From Thermodesulfobacteriota bacterium (GTDB lineage Bacteria > Desulfobacterota > Desulfobacteria > Desulfobacterales > SURF-7), in contig JBMORA010000063.1 of NCBI GenBank assembly GCA_049320885.1, positions 128,001 to 192,000 on the forward strand: a DNA stretch of 64,000 nt. Direction: 5' to 3'. Shown piece after piece: positions 19,811-29,686 of this stretch; within the stretch, counting starts at the first letter, position 1; each line of letters opens with the position of its first letter. The translations under genes were made by a program, and so were the position numbers. The notes below the pieces were generated by a model. It searched no databases. It worked only from the letters and a program-made list of their open reading frames with translations, and was not told where the DNA came from.

Positions 19811-20272
19811 TTATAGATAAACACCCGCCGCCATCAGCACGTTGGTGCCGGGGACCCGGTAGATATACGTGGATTTGGGCACCGGTTCATTGGAGCCGGG
19901 TTTGGGCCACAGATAATCCACCCAGCCCTCGCCTTTATCCCTGGCCGTATTGATGAAATCCGCGAAAAAAAGCTTGCCGTTCTTGTCCTTGATGTTGAAA
20001 AGATTCTTGCCGATAAGCTGGGGCCTTTCCGGATGGGCGATATTGGCCTGTTTGTCCATATCGATGCAGAAGACATAACTGTCCTTCCAGACGAACGGCC
20101 CCTTCATGTCGTTGATCACTTTCAGGGTTTCCTCCAGACCTTTTTCCTGGGCCATTTTGGCTGCCTCCTTGCATTTGGCCACCGCCTCTTCCTTTGTGGC
20201 CGAATCCTGGGCGAAAGCAAGGGCCGTGACACACATCAGCATGGTTGCCATCAACACTACCATCTTTTTCAT
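19811..20272 (-). CDS. Secreted stand-alone single Cache domain protein
   Basis: Signal peptide (ALAFA/QD), SYVFC..AHP...DKNGK..GEGWVDYLWPKP; AGGAGG RBS before ATG 20272. Confidence 0.85.
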   Translation of the reverse strand: MKKMVVLMATMLMCVTALAFAQDSATKEEAVAKCKEAAKMAQEKGLEETLKVINDMKGPFVWKDSYVFCIDMDKQANIAHPERPQLIGKNLFNIKDKNGKLFFADFINTARDKGEGWVDYLWPKPGSNEPVPKSTYIYRVPGTNVLMAAGVYL

Positions 20273-20683
20273 GAAAAACCTCCTTGAAATGTTGCTTCGG
20301 GTTACGGGAATTGCGGCGGTCATCCGCCGAACCGTTTTCATCACTCATTCCGCCCGCGGCCGCCCATCCCGGGGCGCCGGTGTCGGAAATCATGGGCTGT
20401 TCCATACGAAGTTTCCATCTTCATTGTTACATGCTGATTTTTCAGAAAAACAGAGAGTATAAACGGGACAAGGTTGCATTCAGAAAGTTTTGAATTTATA
20501 GTATAAATAAATGTTTTTCACCTTTCTGTCAACTTATAATTGATGGAATCGTAACAAGCCCCTGCTCCGTTGCTCCCGTGAAAGCGGAAGCCCATACTTG
20601 ACATATCGGCTGCTGCTTACTAATTACGTAAACAGGATTGTACCCCATAGACCGGAACAGCTTAACAAAGGAAACACCAGAAA

Positions 20684-21388
20684 ATGGAAACACCCATCGA
20701 CCCCGCAACCCTTTCCCCCACTGCCGTCATCGACAGCGATAACGAAACCATCATCGCCTTTGCCGCCGAAACCATCCGCAATCCGGGGGCGGACGACATC
20801 GAAAAAGCCGTGGCTCTGTTTTATGCGGTGCGGGACGGGATTTACTATGACCCGTATTATCCGTTTTACCTTCCCGAACATTACCGGGCCAGCAACGTGC
20901 TGAAAAGCGGCAAAGGCTACTGCGTCAGCAAGGCGGTGCTGCTGTGCGCCCTCGGACGGGCCGCCGGCATCCCGTCCAGGCTCGGGTTCGCCACCGTCAC
21001 CAACCATCTCGCCACCAAACAGCTTGTGGAAACCCTGGGGTCGAATATTTTCGTCTACCACGGGTTCACCGAATTGCATCTGGACGGCAAATGGGTCAAG
21101 GCCACGCCGACCTTCAACATCGAACTCTGCCATCGTCACAACGTGGCGCCCCTGGATTTCAACGGCCGGGAGGATTCCATTTTTCATGCCTATGACCGCA
21201 GCCACAAACGCTTCATGGAATATCTGGAATTTCACGGTTCCTATGCGGATCTGCCCCTGGAGCAGATTCTATCCGCCTGGAAAAAGGTGTACGGCGAAGA
21301 CCGCGTCAACCTGTGGATTCAGATGTTTGAAAATGCCAAACCGGGCACTGAGCGCAATTTCATGGAAGAAGATGTCCACCAATCGTAA
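20684..21388 (+). CDS. Transglutaminase-like superfamily protein
   Basis: GYCVSKAVLLCALGRAAGIPSR (catalytic Cys), YHGFTE, GKWV. Confidence 0.85.
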   Translation: METPIDPATLSPTAVIDSDNETIIAFAAETIRNPGADDIEKAVALFYAVRDGIYYDPYYPFYLPEHYRASNVLKSGKGYCVSKAVLLCALGRAAGIPSRLGFATVTNHLATKQLVETLGSNIFVYHGFTELHLDGKWVKATPTFNIELCHRHNVAPLDFNGREDSIFHAYDRSHKRFMEYLEFHGSYADLPLEQILSAWKKVYGEDRVNLWIQMFENAKPGTERNFMEEDVHQS

Positions 21389-21405
21389 CAGCCGCCGCGG
21401 AACCT

Positions 21406-24400
21406 TCACGTTGATTTGTCGAGCACGCTTCGAACCACATGCGCCATCGTCTGTTGCCGGACAGGTTTCATGATCATTGCGGCAGCTCCGGCTTTCAGGG
21501 GTTTTTCCGGTGCAATCCGTTCACTGAACCCGGTACATAATATCACCGGCAGTCCGGGCCGGATTCTCCGGATCTGTTCCGCCAGTTCATCACCGGTCAT
21601 GTACGGCATGGTGACATCGGAAATCACCAGATCGAATTGCCCGGCCCTGGCGCGGATCGCTTCCAGGGCCTCGGCGCTGCCGTTGCAGGAAGACACCTGA
21701 TATCCCAGATCCTCCAGCATTTCCCGCAACATTTCGACGATCATGGGCTCGTCGTCCACGATCAGGACATGCTCCGTCCCGGTGGGCAGCGGAAGGACCG
21801 CGCCCTCGGTTTCAAGACCTTTTTCCTTGCCGAACACGGGAAAATAAATCGTGAAAACCGTCCCCTTTCCGGGTTCGCTTTCCACGAGAAGACTGCCGCC
21901 GTGTTCCTTGACGATCCCGTGAACCAGGGACAATCCCAGCCCTGTGCCCTTGCCTTCCGGTTTGGTGGTGAAAAACGGATCGAAAATTTTGCCGATAATG
22001 TCGGCTGAAATGCCGCATCCCGAGTCCTGCACCGTCAGCCGGGCGTAACGACCGGGCGCCGTATCGATCAGTTCCCGGGCGACCTCGGGGCCGAGTTCCA
22101 CTTCCTTCAGGGACACCTCCAGCCGTCCGCCGGCTTCCTCCATGGCATGATAGGCGTTGGTGCACAGATTCATGATAATCTGATGAATCTGGGTCGGATT
22201 CCCCAACACGGGCCTGCAATCGGTATCGATGTCCTGGACGATCTCGATGGTCGTTGGTATCGATGCCCGTAGCAATTTCATGCCCTCCTTGATAACCGGA
22301 TGCAGGAGCATGGGTTTCATTTCATGCTCGCTCCGGCGACTGAAGGTCAGAATCTGTTGAACCAGTTCCCCCGCTCTCCCGGCGGCGGCCAGCACCCGCT
22401 CCAGATAATTCCGCGGCCGGCTGTCCCCTTCCGGCAAGTGCCGCATGGCCACTTCGGTATACCCGATGATGGGATACAAGATATTGTTGAAATCATGGGC
22501 GATGCCGCCCGCCAGGGTGCCGATGGATTCCATCCGCTGGGCTTGCAGGAGCTGTTTCTCCATCCTTTTGCTTTCAGTGACATCCCGCGCGAAACAGAGA
22601 ACCGCCTTGTATTCCTCCCAGGAGATGAGGACGGCGTTCATCTGCACCCAGATGACGTCCTTGCTCGGATTGACGATGCGAAATGTCCATGGGCTGGCAA
22701 TCCCTTCCCCCCGGGAGCATTTTGCCAGATGTTCCAAGACCGCCGGTGCATCGTCGGGATGGAGGAGTTCGAGCAAGGAAGTCCGCGACAACGCTTCGGC
22801 GGTGAATCCCAGTAGTTCGAGGGTTCTGGGGTTGCCGAACAGAAAGTGACCGTTCTGCAAAAGGAAGATGGCGTCCTGGGCGTTTTCCACCAGCAGACGA
22901 TATTTTTCTTCGGAACGTTTCAGGGTTTCCATGGCCCGTTTCCGATCGGTGATATCAGGAAAAACCACCACGCCGGCGGCGATTCCCCCGCTCTCATCCC
23001 TCACCGGCGCTGCATTCCCCAGCACCCACCGTTCCTCCCCATCCCTGCGCTTGATGACGATTTCCGCATTTTGAATGATCTTGCCTTCCTTGACGGCCTG
23101 AAGCAGCGGCAGTTCGTCATGGGTCATCAGACGCCCATCGGGATGAAACCCTTCCCATTGATCCGGATGCAGATCACCCAGGATCTCAACCGCCGCCTTG
23201 TTGGCAATACGCAGTTTCAAATTCGGTGCATCCACGATGATAATACCGGCGGGTGTTTGCTCCACGGCGGCTGTCAACAGGGCCTGGGCCCTTCCCAACT
23301 CCTCCTCGGCTTGCCTTCTTTTGGCGACATCCTCTACCAGATCCTGGTTCACCTTTTCCAGTTCCATGGTTTTCGTCTGCAGTTTCGCCAGCATCTGGTT
23401 GAACGTATCCGCCAGGATGCCGATCTCATCCATCCGTCGCAGGTTCAACCGGGCGGAAAGATCGCCGCTGGTTCCGATCGCCTGGACGTGCTGAATGAGT
23501 TTCATGATGGGATCGAGCAGAATCCGCCGGGTCAGGAACAGGACGATCATCAGCATGAAAAAAGCGGCCGCTGCGATGGAGGATACGGCGTATCGGACGG
23601 TGATGTCCCCCTGTCTTGATATTTTCCTCGGGATGGTGGCCTGCAACAACAGGGCTGTTTTTTGATCTATGTCCGGAAACGTGCCATAAATATTCAAGTG
23701 ATCCTTATCCGCATTCCGGATGATATGCCGGCTGCCGGACTCCATCAGCTGGAGGACCTCGCGCTTCTCGCCCGTAAATTCCTCCAGTCCAATGGGGAAG
23801 ATGTCAAAGTCAACCTGGGCCTGCGCCATCAGGGCTGAAACCAGCTCACGGCCCAGGAACCGGCACATGATGACGGCCCCCCGGACAGGGCCTTCATTTT
23901 TACTGGTGATAATCGGCCGGGAAGCCACCAATAACGGCCCCCGTTGCGTCATCATCACGCCGATCACCGATTTTTCCGTCAGCGGTTTCCGTATCGATTC
24001 CCAGGCGACCAGCGGATGATCCGGGGGTAACTGATCCGGCAGGATATCCTGCCGCGTTATCTGTTCCCCGGTATCCGGATGAACCATATTCCCCCAAACC
24101 AGGGCGCCACCTTCGTTGTAAAAACAGATGAGGTTCAGCTTGTTGGTAACGAAGGTTTCAACGGGCAGGTTGGTTTCAATATACGCAGGCGTCATGGATC
24201 GAACGAATTCGATGGTGTCGTCCCAGGCGGACCAGTCATGACACAAGGAGTCCAGGTGGTAGACCTCCCGCCTCAGGGATTGAAGACAGCGGTTGAGATC
24301 CCGCACCGCCTCCTGGTGTTCCAGCGCCAGGAAACTGGGATAGACAATGAAGCGTTGGACAGCGTAATCCGCCGTTCCATAGAGGATGAACAACCCCAGG

Positions 24401-24441
24401 AATATGGCCGGGAGCTTGGTTTTTATGGAGTTCAAGTTCAC
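21406..24441 (-). CDS. Hybrid sensor histidine kinase (CHASE4-HAMP-PAS-PAS-HK-REC)
   Basis: DWSAWDDT CHASE4 motif, GGIAHDFNN, GTGLGL, C-terminal REC; GTG start at 24441 overlaps the glgP stop (GTGA). Confidence 0.92.
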   Translation of the reverse strand: MNLNSIKTKLPAIFLGLFILYGTADYAVQRFIVYPSFLALEHQEAVRDLNRCLQSLRREVYHLDSLCHDWSAWDDTIEFVRSMTPAYIETNLPVETFVTNKLNLICFYNEGGALVWGNMVHPDTGEQITRQDILPDQLPPDHPLVAWESIRKPLTEKSVIGVMMTQRGPLLVASRPIITSKNEGPVRGAVIMCRFLGRELVSALMAQAQVDFDIFPIGLEEFTGEKREVLQLMESGSRHIIRNADKDHLNIYGTFPDIDQKTALLLQATIPRKISRQGDITVRYAVSSIAAAAFFMLMIVLFLTRRILLDPIMKLIQHVQAIGTSGDLSARLNLRRMDEIGILADTFNQMLAKLQTKTMELEKVNQDLVEDVAKRRQAEEELGRAQALLTAAVEQTPAGIIIVDAPNLKLRIANKAAVEILGDLHPDQWEGFHPDGRLMTHDELPLLQAVKEGKIIQNAEIVIKRRDGEERWVLGNAAPVRDESGGIAAGVVVFPDITDRKRAMETLKRSEEKYRLLVENAQDAIFLLQNGHFLFGNPRTLELLGFTAEALSRTSLLELLHPDDAPAVLEHLAKCSRGEGIASPWTFRIVNPSKDVIWVQMNAVLISWEEYKAVLCFARDVTESKRMEKQLLQAQRMESIGTLAGGIAHDFNNILYPIIGYTEVAMRHLPEGDSRPRNYLERVLAAAGRAGELVQQILTFSRRSEHEMKPMLLHPVIKEGMKLLRASIPTTIEIVQDIDTDCRPVLGNPTQIHQIIMNLCTNAYHAMEEAGGRLEVSLKEVELGPEVARELIDTAPGRYARLTVQDSGCGISADIIGKIFDPFFTTKPEGKGTGLGLSLVHGIVKEHGGSLLVESEPGKGTVFTIYFPVFGKEKGLETEGAVLPLPTGTEHVLIVDDEPMIVEMLREMLEDLGYQVSSCNGSAEALEAIRARAGQFDLVISDVTMPYMTGDELAEQIRRIRPGLPVILCTGFSERIAPEKPLKAGAAAMIMKPVRQQTMAHVVRSVLDKST

Positions 24442-26945
24442 CTGCTTTTTTTGGATTTCAAATGGATGGGAACTTTTTCGATCCTCCAGATTCCATCGCA
24501 GTATTCCCGGATGGCCCGATCCGACGAGAACTGCCCCATGCGGGCGACATTCGCCATGGACATGCGCGTCCACAGTTCCGGGTCCAGGTATGTCCGGTTG
24601 ACCCTGTCCTGGGCCTCGATGTACGCCTGATAATCCGCCAGAAGACAATAGGAATCATGATTCAGGAGGGATTCAACCAGGTTCCTGAACAGATCCCGGT
24701 CTCCGCCGGCCAGGGCTCCCGAAGCGATCAAATCCAGAACCTCGCGCAGCTGAGCGTTGTGCTCATAATACTCCCGCGGCCGGTAGCCCCGCGCGTGGAG
24801 ATCCTGAATCTCATCGGCCGTGAGACCGAACAGGAAAAAATTGTCGGGCCCGACCTCCCGGCGAATCTCGACATTGGCTCCGTCCAGGGTGCCGATGGTC
24901 AGGGCGCCGTTCATGGAAAACTTCATGTTGCCGGTGCCGGAGGCTTCCTTTCCGGCCGTGGAAATCTGTTCGGAAAGATCCGCGGCCGGATAGATGGCGT
25001 GGCTGTTTTTGACATTGAAATCCGGAAAGAAGACGACTTTCAAGCGTCCCCGGATATCCGGATCGTTGTTCACCAGCTCGGCGGTGGAGTTGATCAGCTT
25101 GATCATGAGTTTGGCCGTGACATAGCCCGGCGCCGCTTTCCCCCCGAAGATACATGTCCGGGGAGGCGCCTCCAGCCGGGGATCCCGCTTGAGTCTCAGG
25201 TACAGCGTCAGGATATGCAGCACATTCAAATGCTGGCGCTTGTATTCATGGATCCGTTTGACGTGGATATCGAAGAGGGAATGCGGGTCGACCGGGATAC
25301 CGGTCCTTTTATGGATCAGGGCGGCCAGGGATTGCTTGTTGGTCAATTTGGCATTGCGCCATTCCGCGCGGAAATCGGGATCGTCCATGAATTCCTCGAT
25401 GGCGTTGATCCGGCTGAGATCGCTGATCCATCCCCGGCCGATCCGGGAGGAAATCAGCTCGGTCAGGCAAGGATTCGCCAGGACCATGAACCGGCGCTGG
25501 GTAACGCCGTTGGTAACATTGGTGAACTTCTCCGGCCAGAGCCTGAAAAAATCCCGTAAAACATCCCGCTTCAGCAATTCGCTGTGAAGCCCGGCCACGC
25601 CGTTGATGGTATGGCTGCCGACGCAGGCAAGGTTGGCCATGCGCACATAGCGTTCTCCGGCTTCATCGATCAGGGACAGTCTTTCCGCGAGTCCGGAATC
25701 TTCCGGATATCGCTCCCGGACATCGGCCAGGAAACGGGCGTTGATCTCATGGATGATCTCAAGATGACGCGGCAACAGGCGCTGAAAGAGCGGAAGCGGC
25801 CATTTTTCCAAGGCTTCCGGAAGCAGGGTATGGTTGGTGTAGGAGAACGTGCCCTGCACGATCTCCCAGGCCGGCTCCCATTTCATACCGCGTTCATCGA
25901 TGAAAATCCTCATCAGTTCGGCAACGGCGACGGCGGGATGGGTGTCGTTCAATTGCACGGCGTACTTGACGTGAAAGCTGGAGAGATCGGCTTTTTTCTG
26001 CTCATAAATCCGCAGCATGTCCTGCAGGGAGCAGGAAACGAAAAAATACTGCTGCAACAACCGAAGTTCCTTGCCCGCGGCCGGCTCATCGTTGGGATAG
26101 AGGACTTTGGTGATATTTTCCGACACCATCTTGTCTTCCACCGAACCGTAATAATCCCCCACGTTGAAGGCCTGAAGATCGAAGGATTCGCAAGCTTCGG
26201 CCTTCCACAGCCGCAACAGGTTGGCCGTATTGACGGCATACCCTAAAATGGGGGTGTCATAGGGGATGCCCCGGATAACCCGGTCCGGAATCCAGCGGAC
26301 TTTATAGCGTCCATTCTCGTCATGATACGCCTCGGTTCGTCCCCCGGCCTTTACTTCCAGGGCCAGCTCCGGATGGGCGATCTCCCATGGATTTCCCAGG
26401 CGCAGCCATTTATCCGTGACCTCGACCTGCCAGCCGTCCTTGATTTCCTGATCAAATATACCGAATTCATAGCGGATGCCGTAACCGATGGCGGGGATGC
26501 TCAGGGTGGCGAGGGAATCCATGTAGCATGCGGCGAGGCGTCCCAAACCGCCGTTTCCCAGCCCGGGCTCCTCCTCTTGCTCGATCAGGCGGTCCAGATG
26601 GAGGCCCAGCTCCTTCAGGGCCCGGCGGGTTTGATGGTCGATACCGAGGTTGATCAAATTGTTGGCCAGATGAGGCCCCAGCAGGAATTCGGCGGAAAGG
26701 TAACACACGGTCCGGCTGGCCTTTTCGCGGTAGGTCTCGGCGGTGTTGATCCAGCGGTACAGCAACCTGTCACGCACGGTATAGGCCAGGGCGAGATAAT
26801 AATCGTTGGGCGTGGCCACCGCCGGAAACCTGGCCTGATGATAAAACAGATTATCGATGAAATCCTGTTTGATGGCCTTTACGCTGCAGCCGGTGCGCGC
26901 GTTCTCCGGTTCCCGGTAAGCAGGTTTGACGGGTTTTACGGTCAT
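24438..26945 (-). CDS. glgP: Glycogen/starch/alpha-glucan phosphorylase
   Basis: GLGNGGLGRLAAC, QLNDTHP, KRIHEYKRQ, EASGTGNMK (PLP Lys). Confidence 0.97.
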   Translation of the reverse strand: MTVKPVKPAYREPENARTGCSVKAIKQDFIDNLFYHQARFPAVATPNDYYLALAYTVRDRLLYRWINTAETYREKASRTVCYLSAEFLLGPHLANNLINLGIDHQTRRALKELGLHLDRLIEQEEEPGLGNGGLGRLAACYMDSLATLSIPAIGYGIRYEFGIFDQEIKDGWQVEVTDKWLRLGNPWEIAHPELALEVKAGGRTEAYHDENGRYKVRWIPDRVIRGIPYDTPILGYAVNTANLLRLWKAEACESFDLQAFNVGDYYGSVEDKMVSENITKVLYPNDEPAAGKELRLLQQYFFVSCSLQDMLRIYEQKKADLSSFHVKYAVQLNDTHPAVAVAELMRIFIDERGMKWEPAWEIVQGTFSYTNHTLLPEALEKWPLPLFQRLLPRHLEIIHEINARFLADVRERYPEDSGLAERLSLIDEAGERYVRMANLACVGSHTINGVAGLHSELLKRDVLRDFFRLWPEKFTNVTNGVTQRRFMVLANPCLTELISSRIGRGWISDLSRINAIEEFMDDPDFRAEWRNAKLTNKQSLAALIHKRTGIPVDPHSLFDIHVKRIHEYKRQHLNVLHILTLYLRLKRDPRLEAPPRTCIFGGKAAPGYVTAKLMIKLINSTAELVNNDPDIRGRLKVVFFPDFNVKNSHAIYPAADLSEQISTAGKEASGTGNMKFSMNGALTIGTLDGANVEIRREVGPDNFFLFGLTADEIQDLHARGYRPREYYEHNAQLREVLDLIASGALAGGDRDLFRNLVESLLNHDSYCLLADYQAYIEAQDRVNRTYLDPELWTRMSMANVARMGQFSSDRAIREYCDGIWRIEKVPIHLKSKKSR

Positions 26946-26967
26946 AAGCGGATATCCTTGCAGGTAA

Positions 26968-26988
26968 GCCGCCCGTTATGCGGGCGGC
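26968..26988. terminator. Hairpin immediately after the lipoprotein stop
   Basis: GCCGCCCG-TTATG-CGGGCGGC 8-bp stem. Confidence 0.4.
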
Positions 26989-26991
26989 GGT

Positions 26992-29670
26992 TCACTCCAC
27001 CGGACGGCCTTCGGAATAGGAAACCGTCTCGACTACCGGCATGTCACCCATGCCGTGCTCCGTATAGATCGGGATATCCGTCAGGCTGATCGCCCAGGAC
27101 TCGTCCATCTCCAGCCCGCCGGGATCGTCGACCGAAAGCAGGAACAGACTTCTCTCCAGGGGTTTGACGACGTAGACCGCGCCGGTGGTTGTTTCCGTCA
27201 GCAGGGTGCCGGCCGGCAGGTTGATGATCTTATCCCGGATGGCCCGGGTCACGACCCACCCGGACTTTTCCAGTTCTTCATACAAATCCGGCAGCCCCAT
27301 CATCCAGCCGTCATACCCCAGGGACAAAGTCCGGGCCTGTCCGGCGCCGTTTGTTAAGGCGATGTCATCGAACCTCAGGGGGTCGTCCAGCAGTTTGTAA
27401 TCGTTCCCCTCCATCAGATAGGTCACCCCGCCCGCTCCCGAAGCGTCATATTCCCAGTTGAAGGACACGCTCTCGCCGCCGATGACCGCCTCAATCCCCC
27501 ACAGCGCGGGCGCGATATCCCCCTTGGCGGCCAAGGGGACGCCGTTGGCATCGATATCGTTGTCGCCGATGCGGTCGTATACCAGCATCATATAATCCGG
27601 ATGAGTCGGATCGGTGACGAACCGGTAGGTCGAATTGGCGTCCGGATTCCACTGGTCATAAAAAACCGTCGTGTTTCCTTCCGGTAACACGGACGCGAGG
27701 TTCACCGGATTGCAGGCCGTCTGGATTTCGTTTTTGACGGTGATAACGCCGGCGCTTTTCCGGACCACATAGGCCGTTCCCTGCATGTCCATATACACTT
27801 CCAGTCCCTCCGGGAACAGGAACGCCCGGTCCGCGCCTTCCACGAATTTGGGCGTCCACGTGAATTCGTCGAAATAATCCAGCTGTTTTTCCACCCAGCC
27901 GACGGCGGCGCCTTTGTATTCAATGAAAATTCGGCCCCAGATATCGACCCAGAGCCGATCGACGCTGTCGGTATCGATGGGCACCCTGGGGAAGAACGGC
28001 TGTGCGATGATTCCCGAATCGCCCTGGATTTCTTCCGCCTCGTAAAAGCCGGCTTTGCCGCCATTCACCGCGGCGGCTTCCTCGTAAACGTAGATTTTTT
28101 CCTCCATGGTCTGCCAGTCCCAGCCCCGGATGGAGACGGCTTTACCGGAACCGGTTGCACCGCCCACCAGGGTATTCAGCCCCACAGTCGCGTCGAAGTC
28201 TTCGAATTTTCCGGATGCGCAGACCGGAGGATCGGCGGCCCAGTCCATCCGGGAGCAATATTCCCAGGCGCCGTCGTTATAGAACAGGTTGTAGTTCTGA
28301 TTGATCATGACCTCTGCGGGAATATTCTGGATATCGATGAGATCGGCTTCCTGATAAGTCCTTTTCACCAGAACCCCGCCGAATGACCTTCCCACCGTAT
28401 ATTCCTCCGCCGGCCGGTTCGGCGGAAGATCTTCGCGGGAAACCACGATTCCCATGGAGACAGGGCTCCCGTCATGGGTCCAGATCTCGTGACGTCCCCG
28501 CCAGACGCCGTAATAGGCGTGCTTTTCGACGCCTTCTTCCGTGTAGCGGATGGGGAAACCGAAGGATTTGGTCTTCAGGACATCGTCGCCGCTTTCGGCC
28601 TGATACACGCCGTAGCGGTGGGTCATCATGACCATGTGATTTCTGTCCCGGTACTCCACCTCTCCGTCCTGGCCCTCCTGGACGGCCAGATAGCCGTCGT
28701 TGTAGGCATAAACGGCCGTGCGGTGGGGCACGCCCCCTGATTGATCGCAATCCGGACAGAAATAGGCGTCATAATCCGGATAGTAAATCTTCCCGTATCC
28801 GCGGGAGGCCGACCGGTACATCACGGCCTTGGTTTTGACATCCAGTCCCTCTTCCCCGATCTGTCCCATGCCCGACAATTTCTGATACAATCGGATTTTG
28901 GCGAATCCGTTTTGCGCCGGCCGGCAATCGGCCACGAAATAGTCTTCGTCGCCGATTTCATCCAGTTTGACGTTCATGTCCCATACACCGTAATCCTGAT
29001 AGGTGCCGTCGGTGTTCAGCACCGGAGGAGAGTAAATTCTGAATTCCGCCTTGATGACCGGCGTGGCGGATTCAGAGATTTTTTCAATCCAGGCCTGCAC
29101 CAGCAGGTATGGTTGCTCACCGTCCGTCACCGCTTCGGATTGGACCAGCCAGTTCTCCAGTTTCTTCTGAGTGCGGCCCTCGTTTTTCTCCTCGACCGCC
29201 ACCATGGCTCTGTAGGGTCCGTTGCCGATCTCCTTTTCGTATTCCGTCTGGTCGATGGCCCTCAGGATCTCCTCCAGCATGGCGAACTGTTCCAAGGTGT
29301 TTTCCTCGACATAGGTCCGGGTGACGGCGGTGGCGTAATCCGTTCCGGGATCAGCGGCGTCATGCGGAATCCCGTCCGCGGCTTCCATTCCGGAAGGAGA
29401 TTCCGCCCCGCTCGATACCGGAACCGCCGACAGTTCGCTCGGCATGGTATACCGCGCCAGCTGGCTCCGGACCTCATCGGGATTGACGGGAACCGTGCCG
29501 CTGTCGCTCAATACATTGGCGCCGTGGTCGACGCTGCAGGCGTTCAAGGCCGCGACCGTCAGCAGCAGCAATCCAAGACGGACAGCCCGTCCGGCAAGGC
29601 GCAACAGCCCACCGGATTCGTCATTCCCAAATGAATCATTGCCCGCCGGTTTCCATCCTTGTAACATCAT
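26992..29670 (-). CDS. Large acidic putative lipoprotein of unknown function (~890 aa)
   Basis: GAGGGAGG RBS before ATG 29670; hydrophobic stretch LGLLLLTVAALNA-C (lipobox-like); D/E/G/Y/W-rich; no domain recognised. Confidence 0.7.
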   Translation of the reverse strand: MMLQGWKPAGNDSFGNDESGGLLRLAGRAVRLGLLLLTVAALNACSVDHGANVLSDSGTVPVNPDEVRSQLARYTMPSELSAVPVSSGAESPSGMEAADGIPHDAADPGTDYATAVTRTYVEENTLEQFAMLEEILRAIDQTEYEKEIGNGPYRAMVAVEEKNEGRTQKKLENWLVQSEAVTDGEQPYLLVQAWIEKISESATPVIKAEFRIYSPPVLNTDGTYQDYGVWDMNVKLDEIGDEDYFVADCRPAQNGFAKIRLYQKLSGMGQIGEEGLDVKTKAVMYRSASRGYGKIYYPDYDAYFCPDCDQSGGVPHRTAVYAYNDGYLAVQEGQDGEVEYRDRNHMVMMTHRYGVYQAESGDDVLKTKSFGFPIRYTEEGVEKHAYYGVWRGRHEIWTHDGSPVSMGIVVSREDLPPNRPAEEYTVGRSFGGVLVKRTYQEADLIDIQNIPAEVMINQNYNLFYNDGAWEYCSRMDWAADPPVCASGKFEDFDATVGLNTLVGGATGSGKAVSIRGWDWQTMEEKIYVYEEAAAVNGGKAGFYEAEEIQGDSGIIAQPFFPRVPIDTDSVDRLWVDIWGRIFIEYKGAAVGWVEKQLDYFDEFTWTPKFVEGADRAFLFPEGLEVYMDMQGTAYVVRKSAGVITVKNEIQTACNPVNLASVLPEGNTTVFYDQWNPDANSTYRFVTDPTHPDYMMLVYDRIGDNDIDANGVPLAAKGDIAPALWGIEAVIGGESVSFNWEYDASGAGGVTYLMEGNDYKLLDDPLRFDDIALTNGAGQARTLSLGYDGWMMGLPDLYEELEKSGWVVTRAIRDKIINLPAGTLLTETTTGAVYVVKPLERSLFLLSVDDPGGLEMDESWAISLTDIPIYTEHGMGDMPVVETVSYSEGRPVE

Positions 29671-29686
29671 GGTGCGCCTCCCTCTT

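Noticed and set aside
24442..24648. N-terminal extension of the CHASE4 kinase in the ORF track
   Set aside because: Lies inside glgP; the GTG at 24441 precedes the first TM segment and gives a standard 4-bp overlap
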